Part shown: positions 40,801-54,400 of the stretch, piece after piece
How positions within the stretch are numbered: position 1 is the stretch's first letter
How the letters are laid out: each line of letters begins with the position of its first letter
NCBI GenBank assembly: GCA_964016885.1
Contig: OZ024762.1
Span: 6,324,001-6,388,000, forward strand
DNA length: 64,000 nucleotides
Direction: 5' to 3'
From: Eledone cirrhosa
Taxonomy: Eukaryota
Position numbers and translations under genes: made by a program
Notes under the pieces: generated by a model
What the model was told of the DNA's origin: nothing
The model's input: only the letters and a program-made list of their open reading frames with translations
Database searches by the model: none

Positions 40801-42643
40801 AGTGTTGTGGTGGTGGTGTTGTGATGGTAGTGTTGTGGTGGTGGTGTTGTGGTAGTGCTGTTGTGGTAGTGTTGTTGTGGTGGTGTTGTTGTGGAAGTGG
40901 TGATGGTAGTGTTGTTGTGGTAGTGGTGATGGTAGTGTTGTTGTGGTAGGGGTGATGGTAGTGTTGTTGTGGTAGGGGTGATGGTAGTGTTGTTGTGGTA
41001 GGGGTGATGGTAGTGTTGTTGTGGTAGGGGTGATGGTAGTGTTGTTGTGGTAGGGGTGATGGTAGTGTTGTTGTGGTAGGGGTGATGGTAGTGTTGTTGT
41101 GGTAGGGGTGATGGTAGTGTTGTTGTGGTAGGGGTGATGGTAGTGTTGTTGTGGAAGTGGTGATGGTAGTGTTGTTGTGGTAGGGGTGATGGTAGTGTTG
41201 TTGTGGTAGGGGTGATGGTAGTGTTGTTGTGGAAGTGGTGATGGTAGTGTTGTTGTGGTAGGGGTGATGGTAGTGTTGTTGTGGTAGGGGTGATGGTAGT
41301 GTTGTTGTGGTAGGGGTGATGGTAGTGTTGTTGTGGTAGGGGTGATGGTAGTGTTGTTGTGGTAGGGGTGATGGTAGTGTTGTTGAGGTAGTGGTGATGG
41401 TAGTGTTGTTGTGGTAGGGGTGATGGTAGCGTTGTTGTGGTAGGGGTGATGGTAGTGTTGTTGTGGTAGGGGTGATGGTAGTGTTGTTGTGGAAGTGGTG
41501 ATGGTAGTGTTGTTGAGGTAGTGGTGATGGTAGTGTTGTTGTGGTAGTGGTGATGGTAGTGTTGTTGTGGTAGGGGTGATGGTAGTGTTGTTGTGGTAGG
41601 GGTGATGGTAGTGTTGTTGTGGTAGGGGTGATGGTAGTGTTGTTGTGGTAGGGGTGATGTTAGTGTTGTTGTGGAAGTGGTGATGGTAGTGTTGTTGTGG
41701 TAGGGGTGATGGTAGTGTTGTTGTGGTAGGGGTGATGGTAGTGTTGTTTTGGTAGGGGTGATGGTAGTGTTGTTGTGGTAGGGGTGATGGTAGTGTTGTT
41801 GTGGTAGGGGTGATGGTAGTGTTGTTGTGGTAGTGGTGATGGTAGTGTTGTTGTGGTAGGGGTGATGGTAGTGTTGTTGTGGTAGGGGTGATGGTAGTGT
41901 TGTTGTGGTAGGGGTGATGGTAGTGTTGTTGTGGTAGTGGTGATGGTAGTGTTGTTGTGGTAGGGGTGATGGTAGTGTTGTTGTGGTAGGGGTGATGGTA
42001 GTGTTGTTGTGGTAGGGGTGATGGTAGTGTTGTTGTGGTAGGGGTGATGGTAGTGTTGTTGTGGAAGTGGTGATGGTAGTGTTGTTGTGGTAGGGGTGAT
42101 GGTAGTGTTGTTGTGGTAGGGGTGATGGTAGTGTTGTTGTGGTAGTGGTGATGGTAGTGTTGTTGTGGTGATGGTAGTGTTGTTGTGGTAGGGGTGATGG
42201 TAGTGTTGTTGTGGTAGTGGTGATGGTAGTGTTGTTGTGGTAGTGGCGATGGTAGTGTTGTTGTGGTAGGGGTGATGGTAGTGTTGTTGTGGTGATGGTA
42301 GTGTTGTTGTGATAGTGGTGATGGTAGTGTTGTTGTGGTGATGGTAGTGTTGTTGTGGTAGGGGTAATGGTAGTGTTGTTGTGGAAGTGGTGATGGTAGT
42401 GTTGTTGTGGTAGGGGTGATGGTAGTGTTGTTGTGGTAGGGGTGATGGTAGTGTTGTTGTGGAAGTGGTGGTGTTGATGGCTCATGGCGTTTTACATTTC
42501 TTTGTGTGTGTGTGTGTGTGAGGATTTTTGTGTATATGCTTGTGGGTTTCTGTGTGTGTGTTTCTGTATATGTATGTGTGTAACTTTCATTACACATCCT
42601 TTGACTTTCACCATAAATATGTATTGAAAACTTTTGCTTTCTG

Positions 42644-42696
<53 letters not shown>

Positions 42697-45410
42697 CAAA
42701 TGAGATCGTGTAGGTGTCACGACAAAAAAACACACAGTCCACGCTGTAATGTGGCCGTGTAGGCAACACGGTAAAAACCTCCCAGACCCACACTGTAAAT
42801 GTGGTTGGTGTTAGGAAGGGCATCCAACTGTAGAAAACCTGCCAGACAGTCCTATGCGAGCAACACAATCACTCTTGCCTCAAGTGGGACTACCCCCGTC
42901 CAAACCCATGCAAGCGTGGAACACGGACGTTAAACGTTGATGATGATGATGATGATGATACAAACAGATACATACGCACATACACATGTATAGATACACA
43001 CATAAATACACATGCTTACACACACAATTACACAATTATACATTATACATAAAAAAAAACGTGACAATCACTTGATCACCTACAGATAAGGGGAGCGCAC
43101 CAGCCAGATAGATTTCATCATTAGTAGAAAACGAGACAGTGTATCTGTTATAAACACTAAGTCCCTCCCTCGTGAAGAATGCACCTCCCAAATTAACCTA
43201 ATGGTTAGTGACCTCATAATCAGGAGTACATGTACTCGACAATAGAGGAGGACAGGCAAAACAGCTGGGCCTTCTGAGATAGTTGCTGGAATGGTGGGAC
43301 ATACTATGGTCACCCAGATAGTAAACTAAGTAATACATTATGGGATCATACCAAAAGACTGGCGTAACAGCATCATCAACAACTTTTACAAGGGCAAAGG
43401 AGATGCCGTAGATAGAGGAAACTATAGAGGCATTAAGTTAGTTGACTAGGTCATGAAGGTCACAGAAAGAGTTATTACACAACTGATTAGAAACCAAATT
43501 GATCTAGATGAAATGCAGTTTGGGTTTGTGCCAGATAAAAGTACCATGGATGCTCTCTTCCTTGTACGGCAATGACAGGAGAAGTACCTAGATAAAAGTA
43601 AACCCCTCTACTTAGCTTTTGTTGACTTGGAAAAAGCCTTTGACAGAGTCCCCTGCTCCATTATCTGGTGGGCCTTTAGAAAACTAGGTGTAGATGGGTG
43701 GCTTGTGAGAGCTATACAAGCCATGTATAAAAGAAACAGTCAGTAAGGTTAGAATTAACAATGAATATAGTGAAGAATTTAGCGTAAAAGTTGTTCATCA
43801 AAGCTCCATCCTGAGCCCTCAGAAGAGTTTAAGAACTTCTATATACAGATGGTCTAACAGTCATAGCTGAATCTATGGCTGAACTAGAGAAGAAATTCCA
43901 AACATGGAAGCATGGCCTAGACTCTAAAGGCCTTAAAGTTAACTTTTCTAAGACTAAAGTTCTAGTATGTAGAAAGGAGAATAGGGCACAGGTGCCCTCT
44001 GGGAAATGGCCATGCTCAGTGTGTAAGAAAAGAGGTAGAAATTCCATTCTATGCCCCAAATGCAAACTATGGGTACATAAAAGATGTAGTGGGATCACAG
44101 GTAAGCTATTTAAGAATGTAGATTTTATATGTGGCCGATGCTCAGGTGCAGTAAGTAGCAAGGGCCCACTGGATACTATCTCCTTCAACTGCCCAGATGG
44201 TTCTATAGAAATGGTAAACACTTTCCGTTACGTGGGTAACAAAATCAGAAATGGAGGAGGGTGCTCTGAAAGTACTGTAGCCAGGGTTAGAACGGGATGG
44301 AAAAGGTTGAGAAAGCTAATTACACTGTTGGCCACAAAGGGTTTTTCTCTAAAAATGAAAGGCAGATTGTATGATGCTTGTATACAAATAGCAATATTAC
44401 ATGGTAGTGAGACCTGGGCATTGTGTGCTGAAGACTTGCATGCGCCAATGGATGTGTAATAGTAATGTACGCGAACGGCAAAGCATAAACCAATTGAAAG
44501 AGAGACTAAGCATAAGAGGTATCAAATATTGTGTGCAGGAGAGGAGATTGCATTGGTATGGACATGTGATGGGTATGAAGGACAACAGCTGTATAAAAAA
44601 GTACAGAGCGATCAAAATTGATGGAAGCTACGGAGTGGGTTGACCAAGAAAAACCTGGGACGACGTGATAAAAACTGACTTTGCTCACTTACACCTCCCT
44701 AAGACAATGTCACTGGATTGTAATCTTTGGTGTTATGCAGTTATACAGACAACCTGCCTTCCCTTACATACGAACTTAAACCTACAATCAGTAGGCACCT
44801 CTTAACCCAATATACACCCCACACACCCCTACACCATCCTCCCACTTCCGTCCATTGTAAAATGGTCGTGTAGTAGACACGGTAAAAAGGCCCCCAGTCC
44901 ACACTGTAAAATGGTCGTGTAGTAGACACGGTAAAAAGGCCCCCAGTCCACACTGTAAAATGTTTGTGTAGTAGACACGGTAAAAAGGCTCCCAGTCCAC
45001 ACTGTAAAATGGTTGTGTAGTAAACACGCTAAAAAGGCTGGGATGCTCAATCTTGGCTTGGCAGCCGTTGAGAATGGAGCTCCCGTTGAACGCTACCGCC
45101 AAGTGCGAATTTAGCGCAGTTATTATATAGAGGGCAATCCCAAAAGTAAGGTCTCCTTCCGAGGAAAACATGCGTAAAGATCGGCGGATCACTCTGGATG
45201 CTCTCTGCATTTTGGTTCCTGAGGTTTCCCGAAGCACCATCCACAGGATTTTAACGGAAAAATTGCAATATCGGAAGGAGACCTTACTTTTAGGATTGCC
45301 CTCAGACCAGCCCAGTCCGGAGCAAGACAAATAGTCCAACAATAGTTTAGCTGACTGACAAATTAGTTTCCTTCTTGGTTCACTGTTGAGTAGTTAGCAG
45401 TAGTAAGAAC

Positions 45411-45486
<76 letters not shown>

Positions 45487-48400
45487 CATCACCATCATCA
45501 CCATCACCATCACCATCATCATCACCACCATCATCATGTCTGCTTCTTCGTGCTTGCATGGGTTTGGAAAGCTTTTGTATCCTTTCCTCATCGTCTTTGT
45601 GAGGCTCACCATTCTAAGATCATCTTTCAACACTTTGGCTCAGGTTTTCCTCTTCTGCAGCTTCCATCCTCCAATAACATTATCATTGCACCAGGTGTCA
45701 CCTCTAATAACATTATTATTACACCTATCAACTTTATCAACCCTAACAACCCTGTTATCACTCCTAACAACCTTGTTATCAACCCTAACAACCTTGCTAT
45801 CAACCCTAACAACCTTGTTATCAACCCTAACAACCTTGTTATCAACCCTAACAACCTTGCTATCAACCCTAACAACCTTGTTATCAACCCTAACAACCTT
45901 GTTATCAACCCTAACAACCTTGTTATCAACCTAACAACCTTGTTATCAACCCTAACAACCTTGCTATCAACCCTAACAACCTTGCTATCAACCCTAACAA
46001 CCTTGTTATCAACCCTAACAACCTTGCTATCAACCCTAACAACCTTGCTATCAACCCTAACAACCTTGCTATCAACCCTAACAACCTTGTTATCAACCCT
46101 AACAACCTTGTTATCAACCCTAACAACCTTGTTATCAACCCTAATAACCTTGTTATCAACCCTAACAACCATGATATTACCCCTAGCAACCATGTTATCA
46201 ACCATAACAACCATGTTATCACCACTAACAACCGTGTTATCACCCCTAACAACCGTGTTATCTCTTCTATGTTACAATTTCTGTCTAACTTAACTACCAT
46301 TACCACCACCACTTCTACTAATACTACTACCACTACTAATACTACTAAAGGTGGTTGACGAGCGCTTAGCTGTTAAGTGAGGATGCCTTAGGCTGTGATT
46401 TGATAAATTTGTTTGTTTCAGGCTACAGAGCCGTTGACTAAAAATCACTTCTCTTCTAATTCCTGCCAGTCTGCACCCTCAAGTCCTCCTGGCCGAGGCC
46501 CCAACTTTGCTGCAATGAGGAAGTAAGTAATCTTGTTGGTGTGTTATTGTGTTTTATTGTTTTATTACTTCGTTATTTTACTGTTATTATTAACAGAATC
46601 GTCAAAGAGTGGTGGATTGGCAGTATTGGTAGAGCGTCGGACAACATGCTTTGCGGCATAGAGTTACGACCCTTTATGTTCTGAGTTTAAATCTTGCCAA
46701 GGTTAGCTTTGCCTTTCATCCTTCTGGGGTCAATGAAATAAAGTACCAGTAACACACAGGAGACGATTTAATCAACTTTCCCTCCCCCCAAATTGTTGGC
46801 TTTGTGCCTAAATCAGAAACAATTAATAACAGAATCATTAGAGCATCAGACAAAATGCTTTGTGAGATTTGTTTTGGCTCTTTCGATACCAAGCTATTTG
46901 ACACCACCCCGGGTTCTAGGATACCAAGCTATTTGACACCACCCCTGGTTCTAGGATACCAAGTTATTTGATACCACTCCTGGTTCTAGGATATTAAACT
47001 ATTTGACACACTATCACCCCAGGGTTTTAAGATACTAAACTATTTGATACCACCCCTGGTTCTAGGATACTAAACTATTTGATACCACCCCTTGTTCTAG
47101 GACACTAAACTATTTGATACCACCCCTTGTTCTAGGACACTAAACTATTTGACACCACCCCTGGTTCTAAGATATTAAACTATTTGATACCACCCCTGGT
47201 TCTAGGACACTAAACTGTTTATTTTAGAGTCTTTATATTTTACTAAAAACCTTCCATCATTTCTTGTATAAACTTCTCTTAAGCTATATTCCAAACACCA
47301 GCATGACGATGAGAAAGTTAGTTGTATTTTTAAATCTTTTAAGATTCCTGATTATTTTCAAAATGATTTGCAAATTTTAAGCAGTGTCTTTCATTAGAAC
47401 ATTCGTAATGAAAGGGTTAACATTTTGAAATATTTTAAACTTAATGGACTTGTATATAAAACAATCCATGTTTTTTTGCACAAGAATTTTTGGATAATAA
47501 TCTTTCTTTCTATTTTGACCTATATGCTAGTACACCATCAATTAACGTTCTCTTTCCCTGCTAGCAAGGGTTGGATGGGTTTTCACAGACAGTCAGTACT
47601 GAAGTGGGACTACTGATCTCCCAGACAGGCTGGGGCGTCTGCATTTTGCTTACATACAGTCCTACATTCTACCAAGTGCATTTTATCATGGCACCAACAC
47701 AATAGAAGCTGTCATGTCTTTGACACAATTGAAGGTTTTCCAAATTTTAAGAATTTATTTTTAATTTTTTAATTAAATAAAGGATTGAATTGGGTAAAAT
47801 ACCCTTCATCATCATCGTTTTTATGTGTTTTTATGCTTGCATGAATTGGATGAGTCCTTTTCAGCACAGTATCTCTCTACTTGCTATGTTCCTTTGTCAT
47901 TTCGTCTGTGATTGTTTCTAAAATATGTGGTCCTGGGTTCATTCCCTCTACGTGGTACACATGGGCAGGTGTCTTCAGCTATAGCACAGGGTTGACCATA
48001 GCCCTGTGAGTGAAATGTGGTAGATTGGTCACTTTGTGAAAGCCTGTTGTAAGTGTTTATCTATGTCTAAACTTTCAAACCCTTAGAGATGTAAAAACAA
48101 AAAAAGACAAGCACCTCTGTAAGTGCTTCTATCTACTTTTTCCATTTCTAAGGGTGTTTTTACCAAGTTTTCTCAGCTATTATTTATAGTGATTGATGAT
48201 GATGATTTTCAAATCCTCACACTGTTCCAGAAATCATAATGTTTAATAAAATATCTTTTCCAGTCATTCAGCAGACATGCCAGATTCCAAATTTGATATG
48301 AAAGTTGACCAAAACAATGAAAAACGGCCTCGTAGCCAAAATTCTGAAAGTTCAACTGAGGGTCGAAGAGAAATAACAAGCCCGAATAAGAAGAGCTCAT

Positions 48401-51400
48401 CATCAGTACAGACTAAAGATTCGGGCTTGGGGACACTGAACAAAGGTGCAAATATGGCGAATGTCATGACCAGCTCCCAGGAACTTCGACGCCACCAGCA
48501 ACAGCAGCAGCAAGGGACACTATCCGCTGGCTCAGGAACTCATCGACGAGATAATTCTGGTGAGCGGAATCGCCGTAGTCCATCGCACAGTGATACAAAT
48601 GGCGGGGACAGTGACTCTGCCAAGTCATCAAAGCGTGGCTCCCGTAATAGACCAGCATCTCCTGCAAGCCAGCTGATCCCATATTCAGCGCAATTCTTAC
48701 CAACACGGAAGATGTTTGATAAGGGGCCTGGACATGTGAGTGTAACCCTCTCTTTTGATCAATATCATATATATATATATATATAGGAAAAAGTATGACC
48801 CCGACGGCAGAGCTCAAGCCGTTTCGACGGCTATTTCTGGACAGAAATAACCGTTGAAACGGCTTGAGCTCTGCCGTCGGGGTCATACTTTTTCCTATTT
48901 CCCACTCTACTTCCCTAAGTATTGAGTACTCTGGTGCGTTATGGTCCATCTGGTTCCTTACCACAATTCCATTGTTATATATATATATTGAACTGTCTGA
49001 TCCATATATATGTTAACCTGTCAGATCAATGTGAGAGGGTGAATTGTCTGATCAAAGATGAACTGTCAGATCAATATAATGTGATAGGCTGAACTGTCTG
49101 GTCAATGTATAATTTGTATTAAATTTTATTAACCTATTTTAATATGAAACTACTTAAACTGTCCCTGATTCTATGATACAAAAATGTTTATTTTACAGTT
49201 TTTTTTATATTCATATGTGATAACAAAAATGTTAGTGTTCATATTTATCTCAAAAACCACCACAATTTTATGTAAGAACTTTTGTGATCTTCCAAACACC
49301 AGCTTGATAATGAGGAAGATCGTTATATTACACTAAATTCTTGATTATTTTCCTAATTAATTGAAAACTAGTGGGTTTAATGAAATTGTTAAACATCACC
49401 TTATTTCACAGAACCCCTGAGTTTTTTTCCATTGAGACCCATTTGTTTGTTAGAGACTTCTATATGTGTGGGATGGTTTTCTCTGATAGGTTGATGATAA
49501 AAAAGATGAACCAGGAAATAAGGAGTTCAAAGAGCCATTGGTCACAACGGAATTCTTCAAGTGGAGCAGCAAGTATTTCGCACAACCGTTGAGACCTGGA
49601 GATGAAGGAGACCCTGAGAGTAAGCTGTCGATGGAACGAGACTACAGATTCCAACGAAATGCTACCGTTAGGAATGAAGCTAAACTTGAGCAGTTCAAAG
49701 CGGGTGAGTTTCAAGCTGCTCCCCCTCATTACTATCATCATCATCACCATCACCTCCTCTTCTTACTCCTTGTAATGGGGAATTAACTGGCTAGTTTTTT
49801 CACTTTTGCTGTTATCATGGCTATCTTTCATTGATCTCCCCTTGAGTCATGTTTCACTGTTATCATGGCTATGTTTCACTGTTATCATGGCTATCTTTCA
49901 CTGATCTCCCCTTGAGTCATGTTTCACTGTTATCATGGCTATGTTTCACTGTTATCATGGCTATCTTTCACTGATCTCCCCTTGAGCCGTGTTTCACTGT
50001 TATCATGGCTATGTTTCACTGATCTCCCCTTGAGCCGTGTTTCACTGTTATCATGGCTATGTTTCACTGTTATCATGGCTATCTTTCACTGATCTCCCCT
50101 TGGGCCGTGTTTCACTGTTATCATGGCTATGTTTCACTGTTATCATGGCTATCTTTCACTGATCTCCCCTTGGGCCGTGTTTCACTGTTATCATGGCTAT
50201 CTTTCACTGTTCAACTTTTGATCCACGTTTCAGGCCACAATCGATTTGATGATCAGATATTTGTCAATAAGAACTCAGGAAGTCCTGCTGTATTGCGTTT
50301 CCACCCCTATGAAGCCCACTTAGCAGTTGCAGACAAGGACAATATTAGGTAAGGGGTTGTAGGGGAGTGTTTGAATTTTATTTTTATTTATTTCAATGTT
50401 TAACCTTTTAGCTATAAAACATTTGGTTGTTTACTATCTTTAATGTTGGAGGTAGAAAGGATCCGAAAAGATGATATAGATTTATAGGCTGCGTGTTCAT
50501 GTTTTTAGTCCATGTGGAAAGATCAAATCAGAAAGTACATGTTGAAATATAACAAAGGTTTATTTTCTTCCGTAAATTAATACAAGCACTTACAGAGTGG
50601 AAAGCTGCAAGCATACCACATAATTGAGTTGAAGGAAAACAACGTGTGTGAAATATAGGAAGAATGTTGTTGGGTCCTTGCCGAGAGGGCAGGGTAAGTG
50701 CTACATTTTGTGAGGTATCAACCAGCAACGTAATTAGTGAGGTCTTGTGTCGACGAAATGAAAGCCGCAACTGATGGGTAGAAGTGGAAAAAGGTGCGAA
50801 GCAACTGCTGGGCGGAAGTCGTCTTTGTATTCATACGCCGCCAACCCCGAAGGGCTGGCGAGTGACAAAGCCTGACCAAACCATTCCGCAACCACGAAAT
50901 AGTGCCATTGCTTGCTACAACCTTTATATTTTTTTGTACCAGTGATTCAAGTTTCATGTTTGCTGGCCTTGTGCCAATGTTAGAAAGAATTAATATGTAT
51001 ATATTTCCATGTCTCTATTATTTTCTGCAGTATATGGGACTGGGAACAAGGTATCCAGCTTAGCTATGTGAACAGCTGCCATCCAAAGAACTGCCGAATA
51101 ACATCCATGGAGTTTATTAATCCACATGACCAGGCCCTGTTAATGTGTGGTTCAGGTAAGAATGATACGCATCCATGTTTACTCACATTTATTAATCCAT
51201 ATGACCAGGCCCTCACATTAATCCACATGACAAAGCACTGCTAACATGTGGCTCAGGTAAGGATACCCTTCCACGATTACAGATTTAGGTTTGGTGCATC
51301 TGTCATTAAAACACTCAAGAAACCTTATGAGATGCAATATCATAGGAGGCCAACTAAATCTGAATAGGTATGTAAATTTCATTTTCAAGTTCATGTGCCC

Positions 51401-54400
51401 TAGTGGTTAGGGTGTGGTCTCACAATTGTGTAGTCACGGGTTTAATTCTCGGTCAAGAAGGTATGTTGTGTCCTTGAGCAATACATTTCAATTTACGTTG
51501 CTTTAGATGAAAATAGCAACAGCAGGTGGGGTTTTACCATGTGACAGACAGGTGTCCTGGCCAAGGGGGAATCTTGTACTTAGTTGCTTAACGACAATGA
51601 AATAGCGATAAGCTCTGGCCCGGTGTGCCTCTAGAAAAAAATCCCCACCATTTGTGGATAGACTCTACCTTTTCTGAACATTGATTGACAGTGTCTGGAA
51701 TAGCTCTGGTCATGTCTCTGCAGAGTCAGGTTTGACCTGGGCTTAAGCATCATCATCATTTAACATCCACTTTCTTTGCTATGGATGGGTTGTCAGCACT
51801 TAATCAGAGCCACTGACGTCTTAGAAAGGCCAGGGGTGCTTTTCACTTACATATGTTCCTGCCCTCTACTTAGTGCATTTTATTATGGCACCAACACTAG
51901 GGAGGTTGTCATGACTTTGATAAAGCTGAAAAGTCTCCCAGCCCTTTGTTTGGCAAGTTTTCTATTATCGGATGCCCCTTTTTTTACTACCAACTATTAT
52001 ACAGTGTGTGTTGGGTGCAAAAACACCATTATCATAATGAAGCAGAATAATATCATTCTCATAATAAATACATCATTATTATTATGCCATTCTGAGTTCA
52101 AATCCTGCCGAGGTTAACTTTGCCTTTCATCCTTACGGGGTCGATAAAATAAAGTACCAGTAATGCACTGAGTAATTGCTGGCCTTGTGCCAAAAAGTAG
52201 AAACAATTATTATAATAAAAACACTATCTAAACTATAATAAAATAAGGAGTGTGGGACTGCGTCCAGAATATATTTCTTTATCCCGTTTGTAAAATAAGT
52301 TGGATTACTTTGTATAAATAATGAATGAATATTACATAATTTATCTACTAAATTTCTTTATTCTTGATTAAATATGAATAATTTTGTTGCTTATTTTAAG
52401 ATTCACTTCTTTACAATTTTCAAATGTCAACACTTCCGGTTAGCGATCGATTAAATAAACATTTATATATTCCCGTCACTAATTTTCTCCTAATACAGTT
52501 TATATATAATATCGTCTTTTTTTTTTATATATCATGAATTACGTTACTGATTAAATAAGACAGTGTAACGCAGTCTTCGTTCAATTTCTGTGTATATTGT
52601 CAATTACGATTTTATTTGATGTATCATATCTACATGTATATATACCTGCGTATAATATCAATATACACACTACACATGCTAGCAGAAAACCACCCGAAAG
52701 GTGGTTTTTCTGCTAGTTATTATAATAAAGACATCATTATTATAATAAAAACATTATCTTAATGTTAATGGAAGTCTTGTATTGTTTGTGTTCAGATGAT
52801 GGTTCTATACGAGTGTGGCGCCATTACAGTGAGCAGGGCAAGCAGGAATTGGTTACTGCATTTCAGGGTCTCTCAGAAATGTTGCCTTTACACCGAGGTA
52901 GGTATTATATTGTTGCTGGAAATGTTGCCATTACTGTTTCTCAGAAATGTTGCCTTTACACAGGTGTATTTCATTAAAAATATGGTAATGAAAAGGTTAG
53001 TTTTTTAAAACCCTAGGCAGTGTATTTCTTTAAAAATATAATTGTGAAAGGGTTAATTTAAAAAAATAATAGGCAGTGTATTTCATTAAAATATAGTAGT
53101 GAAAGGATTAATTTTTTATAGGCAGTGTATTTCATTAAAAATATAGTAGTGAAAGGATTAATTTTTTTATAGGCAGTGCATTTCATTAAAAATATGCAGT
53201 TTTCCAATACCACAAACAAAATGAAGCAATGAAGATGATTTTCTTTTCTTTGATTGTAGGTTCAGGTTTAGTAGTTAGTTGGGACCAGAACACTGAGACA
53301 TTGTTTACTACAGGTGATGCACGCATCATAAGAATATGGGACATCCACCGAGAAATGAAGACGCAGGTAAGCTCTTTTGTTTTTGTTGCTTCATTATCAA
53401 CAGCAACATTCTCATTTTATGTCTGTTTTCCATGCTAGTATGGGTTATATGGATCGTTAAAGTCCAAGATGTGTTGAGTTGGCTCATAGATTCCATATTT
53501 TGGCATGGTTTCTATGACATGATATCCTTCCTAACACTAACCTGTAAGTCTTTTATTAAGATACCAGCACCACTAATACTACTACCTCTTCTACTACTAG
53601 TTTCCTTAAGTGTACTAATGTGTTATTGTCAATATGGTATAAATTTGTATGTGTAAATTGAATTATAAAGGGAGAGAGAGAGGTGTATATATGTAAAGAA
53701 ATAATAAATGTATAACTAAATTTGATTTTGGACAAAGTGGTTTTGGATGCCATTTAAAATATATAATAATGAGGATGATGATGATAATTAATAATAATAA
53801 AACCCCCCAAAAAGGCTTTCAAATGTATCATGGAAATCACAATGCCATGTCTTTCTGATACAACCAGCTGTTATTTATTTATTTTGTTCCTTTTTAAAAT
53901 TTATTTTTAATTTCTTGAAGGAAATTTTTTTATAATTCTGTTAGAATGCATAACTCTAAGTCCTAGCAAATTTTGTTTGTTTAAATACCTATGTAAAATA
54001 GTGGTTGTACTTCACTTTTTGAGGATTGTTTTCAATACTGACATATGTCATATTCAAATGGAAACATTTTACCAGTAATGTAAACACATATATGAAATAA
54101 ATCGTAGAGGTAATAATGTTTCTTGTATTTTTTATTAATTCTGATGAATCCAATCATTGGATGATATAATTAACTAATATTTAATTATACATCTTGTGAG
54201 ATAAAAGAAACGTGCGTTAATTAATATATGATATAACTAACAGTATTTGGTTTTATTTTCAATGTTATACATGTATATGTATAACATATATATAGATTCA
54301 GTTATGTTAGCAGAAAAATGGGTAGATAAGGTGATTGCCGTAAATAGAGTGAATGACAGAATAATTAGAATAAGACTAGTCCTAAATAGAACTACTGTGA

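Noticed and set aside
40596-42597. 629 and 640 aa minus-strand ORFs rich in H/T/P/Q
   Set aside because: Stop-free translations of the 26 bp minisatellite within RPTOR intron 20
45735-46262. CCCTAA in each unit as evidence of a telomere
   Set aside because: One hexamer per 21 bp unit, not a telomeric array
45536-46333. Leucine-rich or INPNNLV repeat ORFs
   Set aside because: Translations of the 21 bp minisatellite; no splice or homology support
50620-50960. CpG-rich island in intron 24 with a faint mariner C-terminus-like peptide on the minus strand
   Set aside because: Similarity too short to classify; needs a repeat-library search
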